A stretch of DNA of 64,000 bases from Chlorobiota bacterium. GTDB taxonomy: Bacteria; Bacteroidota; Ignavibacteria; Kapaibacteriales; NICIL-2. A program made the position numbers and the translations under genes. The notes under the pieces are model-generated. The model did not search any database and was not told where the DNA came from. It saw only the letters and a list, made by a program, of their open reading frames with translations. Each line of letters starts with the position of its first letter. Position 1 is the first letter of the stretch. Where the stretch lies: contig JBGAUL010000006.1 of the NCBI GenBank assembly GCA_044228685.1, positions 74,616 through 138,615 on the forward strand. Direction: 5' to 3'. Of this stretch, positions 51,162-61,764 are shown piece after piece.

Positions 51162-51857
51162 TTGCTGCGGAGTTTCTATTCTTGCTACTCCGTACTCATC
51201 ACTGACCAGCTACTTGTCGTGTTACGCACACAATTCGACACCATCATTTGTCTTAACGGCGATCTACCCGATGCCGAAATCTTGCAATCCCTTCGTCGTC
51301 CAATTATTGCAGCAGACGGTGCTGCTTGGCAATTGTATGAGCGCGGGGTTATTCCAAACGTCATCATTGGCGACATGGACTCCTTCGGTGAGCGTGAGCA
51401 CAACGATGAGTTTGAGAGTTCAGAATTTGTTTGGATACCGGATCAAGACAGTAATGACTTTGAGAAAATTCTCGTGTACACCCATGAGAAGGGTCTTAAC
51501 TCCCTCTTGGTCTGCGGCATGCACGGCGGTGAACTCGAACACACGCTGAATAATTGGAGTGTTCTGATGCGCTATGCGTGGACACATAAAATCAGCGTGT
51601 ACGATGCCGGACGTCTGGCAGTTCCCGTGCTCGATGTCTTTGAATTGACAACAGAAGTCAACGAACTCATTTCAATTATCCCACAGCCATTGGCACGCAT
51701 GACAACCAAGGGTCTGCAATGGGAGTTAAAAGATGAATCGCTCGAACTCGGTGTACGCGAAGGCGCTCGAAACCGCGCAACAGGCAACCGCGTCCTCATT
51801 CACGTTCACGAAGGCGCTGCTCTCGTGTTCTTTGATGCTCAAATTGAAGGTGATTGA
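51162..51857 (+). CDS. thiN: thiamine pyrophosphokinase; start uncertain
   Basis: AADGAA, IIGDMDS, DQDSNDFEK, GG..EHTLNN, TTKGLQWEL. Confidence 0.88.
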   Translation: MLRSFYSCYSVLITDQLLVVLRTQFDTIICLNGDLPDAEILQSLRRPIIAADGAAWQLYERGVIPNVIIGDMDSFGEREHNDEFESSEFVWIPDQDSNDFEKILVYTHEKGLNSLLVCGMHGGELEHTLNNWSVLMRYAWTHKISVYDAGRLAVPVLDVFELTTEVNELISIIPQPLARMTTKGLQWELKDESLELGVREGARNRATGNRVLIHVHEGAALVFFDAQIEGD

Positions 51858-51947
51858 GATGCGGCGTTTGTAGCTCGTCACTTTGCTGCGTTTGGCGTGA
51901 GATAACATTTGTATAAATTTAGTCCGGTCAAGAAGGGGCGCTCCTGT

Positions 51948-52559
51948 ATGGAGCATTACATCCGTTCGGACACTCCAGCAACTGAGCATAAAACTCGACC
52001 CAAAAACTTTGAGAGAGGCCACTATATGTATCACGGTGTTTTAAAAAGCACAGCGCGAGAAGTCAGCGAAGTCTTCCGCATCTCACGCCGTGTCATCGCC
52101 CGCTTTGTCATAGCTCAATTGCTCTTTAGCACTGTTGCTTCTGTTACCGCTTGTTACTTCATGGATCTCGTATTTAGTTCTCCGACCGGCGAGTCGCACA
52201 TGAACTACATAACGCTAAGTGTAAGCACGTTTCTTGGCGGTATGTCGGCTAGCTTTTTTTCATTGGGCTTCACGGACTTAAGATTTACACGCGGTGGATT
52301 GACAAAGCGTGGCGTTGGTTTAGGATTGGAGAGTGACTTGGGTACCGTGCATAGCGTACAAATTCAAAAGGCCAACGCTTGGAGGTCATTTATCACCGGC
52401 AGCAAGTTTTACGCAGAAGTCAAAGTCAGTACACTTCGAATCCCGATGCGAATTCAAATGGATTGGTACGAGAAGCCGGTTCAGCTACGCCAACACCTCG
52501 AGGAATTAGAACAAGGTTTTCAGCCATCTCTTGATGTGACACTCCCTGCAAAAGCCTAA
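51948..52559 (+). CDS. hypothetical 2-TM membrane protein with small soluble C-terminal domain
   Basis: Only long ORF between thiN and secA; two hydrophobic segments; start uncertain. Confidence 0.55.
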   Translation: MEHYIRSDTPATEHKTRPKNFERGHYMYHGVLKSTAREVSEVFRISRRVIARFVIAQLLFSTVASVTACYFMDLVFSSPTGESHMNYITLSVSTFLGGMSASFFSLGFTDLRFTRGGLTKRGVGLGLESDLGTVHSVQIQKANAWRSFITGSKFYAEVKVSTLRIPMRIQMDWYEKPVQLRQHLEELEQGFQPSLDVTLPAKA

Positions 52560-52722
52560 ATAATTAAAAATTTCGGCCTTTTTCCTGTCCTCAACTTGCC
52601 CGCAAACACGCTGCCCGCTATCTTGCCAGCTTGCCTCCACACGTGGGTCGGCAAATAGGTTTGACGCTCGTGCGTCTACCGAGTTTCCTAATTCTGATAG
52701 CACCACTTATTACTTGTAGATC

Positions 52723-55700
52723 ATGTTTGGCGTACTAAAAAAGGTATTTGGAACAAAGCACGACCGCGACGTTAAGGCGATGCAGCCTGTTGTGGAAGAA
52801 ATCAATAATATTTACGCCGGCTTAAGCGGTCTCTCAGATGAGGAATTACGCGCCCAGAGCGATGCATTTCGTCAGCGCGTGGCTGATAGCAAGACAGCTC
52901 ACCAGCAGGAGCGCGAGGAGCTGCAGGCGCGTCTTCAGACGGGTGATATCGCTCACGACGAGCGATTGGATATTTACAGGAGTCTTGAAGAGAGCGAAAA
53001 GACCGAGCAAGCAAACGTTGCTGCTCTGCTCGATGAGTTCCTACCCGAAGCTTTTGCCATCGTCAAGGAAGTCTGTCGTCGCCTAACCGAACGTCAGCAC
53101 ACCTACTACGTCAGCGATCACCTGCAAACTTGGGCTATGGTGCCCTATGATGTGCAACTCATGGGTGGTATCGTCATTCACTCCGGTAAAATCGCCGAAA
53201 TGGCAACGGGTGAAGGTAAGACCCTCGTGGCTGTTGCACCAATGTACCTAAACGCACTCAGCGGTTATGGTGTGCACCTTGTGACTGTAAACGACTACCT
53301 GGCTCGTCGTGACTCTGAGTGGATGAAACCGGTATTTGATTTTCTCGGTGTGAGCATTGGCTGTATTCAGTCAAACATGGATCCTCAAGATCGTGTGCAG
53401 CAATACAATGCAGATATCACCTACGGTACCAACAATGAGTTCGGCTTTGATTATCTGCGTGATAACATGGTTAGTACTGCCGAAGACATGGTACAGCGAC
53501 CACATTACTTCGCAATCGTCGATGAAGTTGATTCTGTTCTTATCGATGAAGCGCGTACACCGCTCATTATCAGCGGTCCGGTAGGACACAGCTCGGACGC
53601 AAAATTCGTCGAGATGAATCCCCGTGTTCGCCGTCTCGTCGATGCCCAAAACAAACTCGTTAATTCCCTCGTTGGTGAAGCAGACATGCTCATCAAGAGC
53701 AATTCAAAAGAAGAACGTGCCAGAGCAGGTGTGGCTTTGTTGCGTGCCTATCATGCGTTTCCGACGCACAAGCGACTCCAGAAGTTGCTTAATGAGCCGG
53801 ACACGATGAGACTTATGCGCGACACTGAGCTTGAATACATGAAAGACCAAAGCTCACGCATGCACGAGATCGACGATGAGATGTTCTACACCATCGACGA
53901 AAAGAACCACACCATCGATATTCACGATAAGGGTCGTGAACTTCTGGCAACCGCACAAGAAGATCCGAACATGTTCCTCATTCCCGATATCACGTCGGAG
54001 ATGAGTGCAATTGAAGGCAATAGTGAATTACCGGATGACGAAAAGCAACGCGCTAAGGATATGGCCATGGTGGCGTATGCTGAGCGCAGCGATCGCATTC
54101 ACATTGTGACGCAACTCTTGCGCGCTTACTCTTTGTATGAGGCTGATGTTGAGTACGTGGTGCAAGACAACAAGGTCAAGATCGTTGACGAGTTCACGGG
54201 TCGTATTCTGGAAGGCCGTCGCTATTCCGACGGACTGCACCAAGCTATCGAAGCAAAAGAAGGCGTCGAAGTTGAGCGTGATACACAGACCTACGCAACC
54301 GTTACTCTGCAGAACTACTTCCGTCTCTATCGTAAGCTAGCCGGTATGACCGGTACCGCTGAGACAGAGTCCGGCGAGTTTTATCAGATCTACAAACTCG
54401 ACGTTGTTGTTATCCCGACAAATGCAAACATCATCCGCAAGGACTTGGATGATTTGATTTATCGCACGAAGCGAGAGAAGTACAACGCCGTCGTCGAGGA
54501 AATCCAACGTCAGTTGAAATCCGGTCGTGCTGTACTTGTTGGTACAGCCTCCGTCGACGTCAGCGAAATCCTTTCCAAGATGCTTCGTCGCAGCAATGTT
54601 CCGCACAACGTCCTCAACGCTAAGCATCACGAACGTGAAGCTGAGATCGTTGCAGAAGCAGGTAAGAAAGGCGCTGTGACCATTGCTACGAACATGGCTG
54701 GTCGCGGTACTGACATTAAGCTTGACGCTGCAGTAAAGGAAGCCGGCGGTTTGTGCATTATTGGTACGGAGCGACATGAAGCTCGTCGTATTGACCGACA
54801 GTTGCGCGGTCGTGCAGGACGTCAAGGCGATCCGGGTTCATCGCAATTCTTTATCTCGCTCGAAGACGATCTCATGCGACTCTTCGGTGGCGAGCGCATC
54901 ACCTCATTCATGCAAACCTTTAAGGTGAAGATGGAGGAAGGTGAGCCAATCCAAGCAAGCATGGTCACTAAGTCGGTAGAACGTGCGCAGAAAAAGGTTG
55001 AAGAAAACAACTTCGGCATCCGCAAGCGTTTGTTGGATTACGACAACGTCATGAACCAACAACGTGAAGTTGTGTACGATCGTCGTCGTCACGCATTGCG
55101 TGGTGAACGCATGAAGAGCGAAATCTTCCAATACGTCGAAGATCTTGCCAACTCATGGTACGATTCAGCCAAAGCAGATACTGATGCATCAGCATTGCGC
55201 AACAACGTGCGCACAACGCTCTTGAGCGAACTCAATCTTGCAGACGATCAATTCAGAAGTTCGCGCAAGGAAGAAGTCGTTGCTGAAATCGTTGAAGCAG
55301 CTGAAGAATATTACTCACGCAAAGAACAGTCGCTCGGAACCGAGTTCATGATGCAGCTCGAGCGCTATGCTATCCTGCAATCTATCGACGACAAATGGCG
55401 CGAGCACTTGCGAGTGATGGATGAATTGAAGGAAGGTATTCACCTTCGCGCTTATGGTCAGAAAGATCCATTGCTCGAATACAAAGCCGAAGCATTTAGC
55501 ATCTTCCAAGACCTCATTTATGAGATCAGCAAAGAAGCAGTTTCGATGGCATTCAAGTACTTCCCTGTTGTTGAAGATCGCAGTCCGCGTCCGCAAACGC
55601 CTGCACGCAGCACTTCACGTCGTACGCAGCGCCGTCAAACTGATGAACTTGGTGTACCTGTAGCTACGTCAATGGCTGATAACGCAATGCAATTCTCACA

Positions 55701-55887
55701 TCCGACAACAACAGAAGGATACATTGGATCTGCGATCCAAGGCAATGAAGAAGAGCAGCGTCGCGAGGCTCCACGTTCGACTGTTCAGACAGTATATCGC
55801 GACGAACCAAAGGTTGGTCGCAACGATCCTTGTCCATGCGGTTCCGGCAAGAAGTACAAACAGTGTCACGGTAAGCACATGGCATAA
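52723..55887 (+). CDS. secA: preprotein translocase ATPase SecA
   Basis: [57 protein letters not shown]-terminal [19 protein letters not shown]. Confidence 0.99.
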   Translation: MFGVLKKVFGTKHDRDVKAMQPVVEEINNIYAGLSGLSDEELRAQSDAFRQRVADSKTAHQQEREELQARLQTGDIAHDERLDIYRSLEESEKTEQANVAALLDEFLPEAFAIVKEVCRRLTERQHTYYVSDHLQTWAMVPYDVQLMGGIVIHSGKIAEMATGEGKTLVAVAPMYLNALSGYGVHLVTVNDYLARRDSEWMKPVFDFLGVSIGCIQSNMDPQDRVQQYNADITYGTNNEFGFDYLRDNMVSTAEDMVQRPHYFAIVDEVDSVLIDEARTPLIISGPVGHSSDAKFVEMNPRVRRLVDAQNKLVNSLVGEADMLIKSNSKEERARAGVALLRAYHAFPTHKRLQKLLNEPDTMRLMRDTELEYMKDQSSRMHEIDDEMFYTIDEKNHTIDIHDKGRELLATAQEDPNMFLIPDITSEMSAIEGNSELPDDEKQRAKDMAMVAYAERSDRIHIVTQLLRAYSLYEADVEYVVQDNKVKIVDEFTGRILEGRRYSDGLHQAIEAKEGVEVERDTQTYATVTLQNYFRLYRKLAGMTGTAETESGEFYQIYKLDVVVIPTNANIIRKDLDDLIYRTKREKYNAVVEEIQRQLKSGRAVLVGTASVDVSEILSKMLRRSNVPHNVLNAKHHEREAEIVAEAGKKGAVTIATNMAGRGTDIKLDAAVKEAGGLCIIGTERHEARRIDRQLRGRAGRQGDPGSSQFFISLEDDLMRLFGGERITSFMQTFKVKMEEGEPIQASMVTKSVERAQKKVEENNFGIRKRLLDYDNVMNQQREVVYDRRRHALRGERMKSEIFQYVEDLANSWYDSAKADTDASALRNNVRTTLLSELNLADDQFRSSRKEEVVAEIVEAAEEYYSRKEQSLGTEFMMQLERYAILQSIDDKWREHLRVMDELKEGIHLRAYGQKDPLLEYKAEAFSIFQDLIYEISKEAVSMAFKYFPVVEDRSPRPQTPARSTSRRTQRRQTDELGVPVATSMADNAMQFSHPTTTEGYIGSAIQGNEEEQRREAPRSTVQTVYRDEPKVGRNDPCPCGSGKKYKQCHGKHMA

Positions 55888-55912
55888 GCACGAATCAAAG
55901 CACAGTATTACA

Positions 55913-55951
55913 ACAAAAGAAGCCGCTGAATTTCAAGCGGCTTTTTTTGTT
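55913..55951. terminator. bidirectional intrinsic terminator
   Basis: AAAAGAAGCCGCT...AGCGGCTTTTTTT between convergent secA and the 808-aa gene. Confidence 0.88.
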
Positions 55952-55967
55952 ATTGAATTGATTTTGT

Positions 55968-58394
55968 CTACCAGTCTTTGACAACAATCTGACTGAAGCA
56001 GTTTCCGAAACCTGCCTCGCATGAGCCCCACATTGGATAGGGTAAGTTGTTTGAGCTACCAAACTCGTCGCTGTTGTAGTACGCCCCGTCTGAAGAGCTA
56101 CAGAAATAAGCCTGGTCAATATCGCCGGGAGGTTTCAAAATGAAAATGCTTGCGGCTCTTGCATCCCGTGAGTCCGCGCTCCACAGATAGGTACCATAGC
56201 ACATGATACACGCCGGATCTCCACTGTTTGAGCAATGAGGCGTTCCGGCAACAAAGGTTCCATTTTCAAATTCCTTTCTGAAGATAGCAGAATCTACTTT
56301 TGATCCGTCCGAATTGAGGAAGCGAAAGTTTGGTCGCGCTGATATAACAGCTATCGATCCTCCCTCCGGCATGCCATGATGTTGCACACCCAATCCGTGT
56401 GCAAGTTCATGAGCTACTGTCCAGGCAAGAGTTGCAGGAGGCGACGAGTCAGGGTTATACAGCATCAAATAATCCGCATAACGCGGCGAGGTAGCAACAG
56501 CCGGTCGTTTTTGTGAGCGTGATTCCATTGTCGACTGCGAGCCCGTTGTCGAAACAACGTGACCCTTTGCATCAACTACTTTACAGAACAATTTTCCAAG
56601 AACATCAGACGGTGGACCTTTCGTTCCTTTGAGAACCAGACCGTATTGATCTCCGCCTTTTGAATATTGTGAGTTGAAATTGACTTGAGCATTGTTGGTA
56701 TCAATACCAACGCTCTTCTTGATGTCCGTGACGGTCAAGCAGCCCGCTTGGCCCAGGCGCTGCAATCCGGACTGCGCACTTTGTCCGACGAGATTGATTA
56801 CCGTCAGGTCCTTCTTCGTTGGATTAAGTCGATGATGCGGATTATCCTTGTCATCTTTGTCGACAATGATTCCACGATACTCTTCGAACACCGTCAATCC
56901 ATCACCATCTGACTTCTGTCCATCGACATGCTCGTTGTCTTCGTTGTCAGCAGTACCAACCGCCTTCCCTACTGTTGAGAGGTAGGCATCAGCGACGCGT
57001 TGGGTTGTGGGATTCTCGCGATATGGAATTGGGAGAGTTTGAATCTCTTTTCCGGCATAGAAGACTTTTTCCAGTTTGCTTCCATCATCCATGTCAGCCC
57101 ACACCTTGAGTTCGCTTACGCCGCCGAAGTCAAACGAGTAAATGAAGAACGTGACTTGCTTCGAGTTTGACTGCACGACGATTGACTGCGTGCCTTTGTT
57201 CTTCATTAGTGTACCCAGGCCCATGTCTTTCTCAATAGTCATGTCCGGAGCGGTAGTCGGATTCTCTTTAGGAAAATCAATACAAATCCCTGGCTCGCTA
57301 GACGTATTCTTGAGTTCCGCATGCCAGGCGAAAGCGCGACGTTCAGTTGGTTGATCTTTTCCCTGGACCAAACTTGCCGTCACTTGAATCATGTCACCGC
57401 TCATGTCCTGTTCAACATTTCCTTTGGGCAACCAGTCGGAATAACCAGGGATCTCAAGATTGATCGTGACTTCAGGATGAGGTTTTACCGGTATGAGTTG
57501 GATGAGACACTCAGACTCCAAAGTTTCGGTTGTGTAGGCAACAGTTCCAGGAGGAAGATTTTTCTTCGGTATGGTTGCGCTGTGACTAGTGCTACTGATA
57601 CACGACCATCCCGCAGTATCGTTACCGCTAAAGGTCGCGCCTGACAATTCCAAGAAGGGATTATCCCGTCCCTGCGAACGTTGAAGCTGCAAGAAGGCTG
57701 CTGATGTACGTGGAATTTTACTCAGCATATACAACCCCGCATACATCCCGGCAAAGCTTGTGTCGAGTGGTACAACGCCACTTTCTTTTTGACCATTGCT
57801 CAAATTGACTGCAATGTTCTTTGTCTCTCCACTTCCACGCAGTTGAAGATTGATAAGCTGAATCGACGAGAAGTCGTCCTTCCCTTTTTCATGGTCATAG
57901 CGAAATGACAGATTCGGCGCTGAGCTCGATAAACTCCCACTGAAGTCGCCGCTGTTGGTGCGGAGATAGTATTGATTCTTCGACTGACCGTTACTACTGA
58001 TGTGAATCGATCCCATCACTTGAATGTGTTGATCAGCGCTTTGATCCACGTCGAAACGGAGTCCATGATAGACTCCATAGCAGTACCCATTCAGAACAAC
58101 TGAAACTCGGATCACCGAGTTCTGACCGGATGAGGCGTCTTTGCTTTTCTCAACGGAGTTCACTGTGTAGCTCGTGCTATAGTGTCCGCTGACAAAACAC
58201 TTGATCAACGAATCCTTGTGCTCGGTGCTCTTCTGTGGAATTGACTGCGCATTCTTGGCTTTTTGTTTCAATGTCTTCATGAGCTCTTCAGCTGTCTGCG
58301 CGAGGGCCGTCTGCGCGAAAAAGCCGAACAAGATCATTGTCAAAACACAGCTACGAATCAGCGTCGCGCTGCATGAGAACTGTTGAGTCTTCAT
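55968..58394 (-). CDS. exported 808-aa protein with metzincin-type zinc motif
   Basis: Signal peptide ending ALA-Q; HELAHGLGVQH (HExxHxxGxxH); downstream SGDPACIMCY Met-turn-like; DGDGLTVFEEYRG. Confidence 0.7.
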   Translation of the reverse strand: MKTQQFSCSATLIRSCVLTMILFGFFAQTALAQTAEELMKTLKQKAKNAQSIPQKSTEHKDSLIKCFVSGHYSTSYTVNSVEKSKDASSGQNSVIRVSVVLNGYCYGVYHGLRFDVDQSADQHIQVMGSIHISSNGQSKNQYYLRTNSGDFSGSLSSSAPNLSFRYDHEKGKDDFSSIQLINLQLRGSGETKNIAVNLSNGQKESGVVPLDTSFAGMYAGLYMLSKIPRTSAAFLQLQRSQGRDNPFLELSGATFSGNDTAGWSCISSTSHSATIPKKNLPPGTVAYTTETLESECLIQLIPVKPHPEVTINLEIPGYSDWLPKGNVEQDMSGDMIQVTASLVQGKDQPTERRAFAWHAELKNTSSEPGICIDFPKENPTTAPDMTIEKDMGLGTLMKNKGTQSIVVQSNSKQVTFFIYSFDFGGVSELKVWADMDDGSKLEKVFYAGKEIQTLPIPYRENPTTQRVADAYLSTVGKAVGTADNEDNEHVDGQKSDGDGLTVFEEYRGIIVDKDDKDNPHHRLNPTKKDLTVINLVGQSAQSGLQRLGQAGCLTVTDIKKSVGIDTNNAQVNFNSQYSKGGDQYGLVLKGTKGPPSDVLGKLFCKVVDAKGHVVSTTGSQSTMESRSQKRPAVATSPRYADYLMLYNPDSSPPATLAWTVAHELAHGLGVQHHGMPEGGSIAVISARPNFRFLNSDGSKVDSAIFRKEFENGTFVAGTPHCSNSGDPACIMCYGTYLWSADSRDARAASIFILKPPGDIDQAYFCSSSDGAYYNSDEFGSSNNLPYPMWGSCEAGFGNCFSQIVVKDW

Positions 58395-58395
58395 C

Positions 58396-59454
58396 TTAGT
58401 TGAAGTAATTGTAAATCACCGAAGGATTTGATTGGAATTCCGAATAGCGCAGAGCATGCACGTAAAAAGCATCGGCGAATTGAACGCGCTTTTCGATGCA
58501 AAGCTGAACTTGCTGCAGTAGTTGCATTTGGATAGATCGGATTTGAATTGCTACTGACTGATTGCCGTCGCCATAATTGAGCGCGTCGATGTCGCTTTGC
58601 GTCACCGTCATTGAAGTACCCAACAGCGACCAAAAGCGCTGCTCGGCACCTCGCATCGAATTCAACTCAACAGTATAGGCAGAGTCATGTCGAGCACATT
58701 GCTGTTTGTACAGTGATGCAACACGCGATTCAAAGACTTTCTTGTCTTCGTGCACACTGGCGTAGAGTTCGCGTACTTTCTCAGAAATCGAATTCTCGAT
58801 TTGATCGTGCTCTTCGTTCAATGATGAAACGATCGTGGCTATTGAATCCAATAGTTGTTGTAATTCTTGTGCGTTGCTGCAATGGAGTCGTGAGCCCAGA
58901 CAATCTGCATCGCTCGGAAGTTTAGAGACAATCGCCAATTGCTCTCTTGTCATGACCGCACTTCGCGGCGCACTGCCTTTGGTTTTGCCTTCAGGCACGT
59001 TCATTTGTTTGCGAAGACTGAGCAAGAACTTCTGTTGTTCCTGCGGAGACATTTTCATCAGCTTTTCGCGCACTTCCGGATCGTTCATGGCCGCTGCCAA
59101 ATCCGTCATGTTTTGCTGCTGCTCCGAACTTGGGGCATTGACGCCACTCATGTCCACAGATGTGGATCCCGAACTAGAAGTGGACATCTGCATCACGAGA
59201 GTTTGAACCCGCTCGCGAGCACTGTCAAGGGTTGCAGCATGGATGTCGTGAAATTGTCCTTGCGGCCGAGCCATTGCTCGCAACTCATCAATACTCGTCG
59301 GGGCACTTGGCAAGTAACGCTGCACGAGTGATTGCAACGACTCATGTTGAACACCGTTAGACTGTGCGTGTAGGATTCCACTAAGACCAATCAATAGACT
59401 CAGCATAAGACTGCAACCACTAATGCAACGACGAACATTTGATTGTGATATCAT
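58396..59454 (-). CDS. exported alpha-helical hypothetical protein
   Basis: Signal peptide ending LHA-Q; Q/E/K-rich helical pattern; stop 1 nt before next start. Confidence 0.7.
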   Translation of the reverse strand: MISQSNVRRCISGCSLMLSLLIGLSGILHAQSNGVQHESLQSLVQRYLPSAPTSIDELRAMARPQGQFHDIHAATLDSARERVQTLVMQMSTSSSGSTSVDMSGVNAPSSEQQQNMTDLAAAMNDPEVREKLMKMSPQEQQKFLLSLRKQMNVPEGKTKGSAPRSAVMTREQLAIVSKLPSDADCLGSRLHCSNAQELQQLLDSIATIVSSLNEEHDQIENSISEKVRELYASVHEDKKVFESRVASLYKQQCARHDSAYTVELNSMRGAEQRFWSLLGTSMTVTQSDIDALNYGDGNQSVAIQIRSIQMQLLQQVQLCIEKRVQFADAFYVHALRYSEFQSNPSVIYNYFN

Positions 59455-59621
59455 GATTTTCAGTTTTGAATTCAAGAAATATTTGATTTACATGTAGGTG
59501 AAAGATTAATGACTATTGCTTGCCCGGATGACAACAGAATGCTTGACTGAGCTTTCACTACTGTCGTTAAGCAATCGACTCAGAGTGCTCCCTCGTGGAG
59601 TTTAGCGCGAGACTTCTGCTA

Positions 59622-60647
59622 CTATTGTCGTATAAACTCAACGCGTCGATTGCATGCCTTGCCCTCAACAGTCGTGTTAGCACAGCTTGGTTTCGTTGCG
59701 CCATAGCCGCGTGTGCTGAGTTGGGATTCTGCCACACCAAGTGACACCAGATAATCCTTAACTGCTGCGGCACGTTGTTCTGATAAGCTTTGATTCGAGG
59801 CTGCATTGCCGACGTTGTCTGTGTGACCACCGATTTCAAAACGTTCGTTCGAACGTGATTTCAGAGCATCCGCGATTTGCCGTAGAACGCCAATACTCTG
59901 TGGTCGTAGAGTAGCACTACCGAGGTCAAAGCATATGCTATGCGAGACCAGCTTACCTTGACTCAAGGCTTGGGCTGCATTTGAGGAAAACCCGGAGGCG
60001 ATTCGAAAGTTCTTGAACAACATTGGCAGGTCCGGACTTTGATCACCAGCCACTGTTAGGTTCGTCACACCTAAATCAACATCCGGCCACGTAAAGACCT
60101 TGTACTGATTGGCGTACACAGTAAGCGTGCGCTTGACGTAGCTGATGGCAATGTGATTCCATCGATTGAAAAACTTCTCAGCTGCAAACTCTTCCGGTGT
60201 TGGAGCTGATCGACGTTCGCCTTTGATACTAACGGTGAAATCATCTTTGTTGGGGATAATCACGACTCGCTCGTCTTTGGCATTGAGGCGAATGTTGATA
60301 CCCGGGTTGCCTTCGTATCCGGCATCGAGCCAGGTATCGTATTCAATGCTCCAATCTGATGTCAGATACTCATTCTTCTTGAACAAGGGAATGAGCTTGG
60401 TGTAGTACTTCTTGATACTGATGCAACGTTGAGATTGGAAGTCTTCGGCAACGGCAGATCCGCCAGTGACTTTCCACTGACTTAGCGATGCACTTGCATC
60501 GTTGTGACGTTCTTCGAATATGGTACTGTCGCCGGGTATGAAGTCATAACTGGAATAGCTGCTCGGACTTGCCTCTTGTCCACACAACTTCCCCATGAAA
60601 ATGAATGGAAGGGTTATCATAAGCCATAAAAAACGTTTGCGTACCAT
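59622..60647 (-). CDS. OmpA-family peptidoglycan-binding protein with N-terminal beta-sandwich (lectin-like) domain
   Basis: YDFIPGD..IFE, WNHIAI; FDLGSA, IGGHTDNVG, NQSLSEQRAAAV, GYGATKP, NRRVEF. Confidence 0.9.
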   Translation of the reverse strand: MVRKRFLWLMITLPFIFMGKLCGQEASPSSYSSYDFIPGDSTIFEERHNDASASLSQWKVTGGSAVAEDFQSQRCISIKKYYTKLIPLFKKNEYLTSDWSIEYDTWLDAGYEGNPGINIRLNAKDERVVIIPNKDDFTVSIKGERRSAPTPEEFAAEKFFNRWNHIAISYVKRTLTVYANQYKVFTWPDVDLGVTNLTVAGDQSPDLPMLFKNFRIASGFSSNAAQALSQGKLVSHSICFDLGSATLRPQSIGVLRQIADALKSRSNERFEIGGHTDNVGNAASNQSLSEQRAAAVKDYLVSLGVAESQLSTRGYGATKPSCANTTVEGKACNRRVEFIRQ

Positions 60648-60867
60648 TAGGTGTCTCCGTGATTAATGTGCTACAAACATCCGCCGAGGTGGGAGGCTAA
60701 AAAAGGACACTTTCGATGCTCACTTTCCGGTTGATTGAGCAGATGCTCTTTGGCTGAAATGCGCGTAGCTCATGATTTTACGGACATTTAGCTCTTTTTT
60801 GACAGCCTGATTTGTCAGCTGACTTTGCATATATTGGACAGGGATTTTCAACCAATCAACGACAACA

Positions 60868-61743
60868 ATGCTTCGCTATTCCGCCGACCGTCGCACGGTA
60901 GTGTATATGTTCATTACAACAGCCTTGCTCCTCATCCAGTGGAATTTGCCATCGGTAAACCCTGTGTTACTCATTTGGTCAATGTTCATGGGAATAAGCG
61001 TCGCTGTTATCGCACACAATCACAATCACCTTCCGATGTGGAAGAAGAGTTGGTTGAATGTCGTGACTGATTATTGGCTTACCTTATTCTACGGTTTTCC
61101 TGCTTTTGCATGGATTCCAACGCACAATCGCAATCACCATGCATTGAACAACAAGGAAGGCGATTTCACGATTACCTATCGTTTGAGTGAGAACAACAAT
61201 CTGCTCACTTTGGTCACCTATCCGAGTATCAGCAGCTATCATCAACAGAAGCCGATTCGTGATTATCTGAAGATGCTGTGGTCGAGCGATCGCACCAAGT
61301 TCTATCAATCCATCCTGCAATACCTAGCTCTTGGTATCATGTACATCGTCGCTTTTTATTTGGATTGGAAGAAAGCACTTCTCTTTATCGTCGTACCGCA
61401 CCAGACTGCACTTTTTGCAATCATGATTTTCAATTATGTTCAACACGTGCATGCTGACGAAGAATCTGACTTCAACCACTCCAGAAATTTCACAGGCTTC
61501 CTGAACAAGTTGCTCTTTAATAATGGCTATCATACTGTTCACCATATGAAAGCCGGAACGCATTGGAGCAAGACGCCGGAACTGCATGCTGAAATTGCCG
61601 ACAAGATCGATCCATCGCTCAACGAGCGCAGCTTCTGGGGCTACATCTTCCGCGTCTATTTTGCCGCGCCATTCAATCGTCGTTTTGGCACCAAATCCAT
61701 GCGCCTGGAACGCATGAAAGGTCAAAGCGTCTCAGCCGCCTAA
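60868..61743 (+). CDS. membrane fatty-acid desaturase-family protein
   Basis: His boxes HNHNH, HNRNHH, QHVH, HTVHH; TM segments. Confidence 0.88.
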   Translation: MLRYSADRRTVVYMFITTALLLIQWNLPSVNPVLLIWSMFMGISVAVIAHNHNHLPMWKKSWLNVVTDYWLTLFYGFPAFAWIPTHNRNHHALNNKEGDFTITYRLSENNNLLTLVTYPSISSYHQQKPIRDYLKMLWSSDRTKFYQSILQYLALGIMYIVAFYLDWKKALLFIVVPHQTALFAIMIFNYVQHVHADEESDFNHSRNFTGFLNKLLFNNGYHTVHHMKAGTHWSKTPELHAEIADKIDPSLNERSFWGYIFRVYFAAPFNRRFGTKSMRLERMKGQSVSAA

Positions 61744-61764
61744 TCGACTGCACAGACTCGTCCA

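Noticed and set aside
54337-54825. 162-aa antisense ORF within secA (also similar ORFs within mutS, pepF, metH)
   Set aside because: Typical antisense open frames caused by codon bias of highly conserved genes
60708-60727. CACTTTC direct repeat upstream of the OmpA gene as a response-regulator site
   Set aside because: Only two 7-bp copies at 13-bp spacing; could easily be chance
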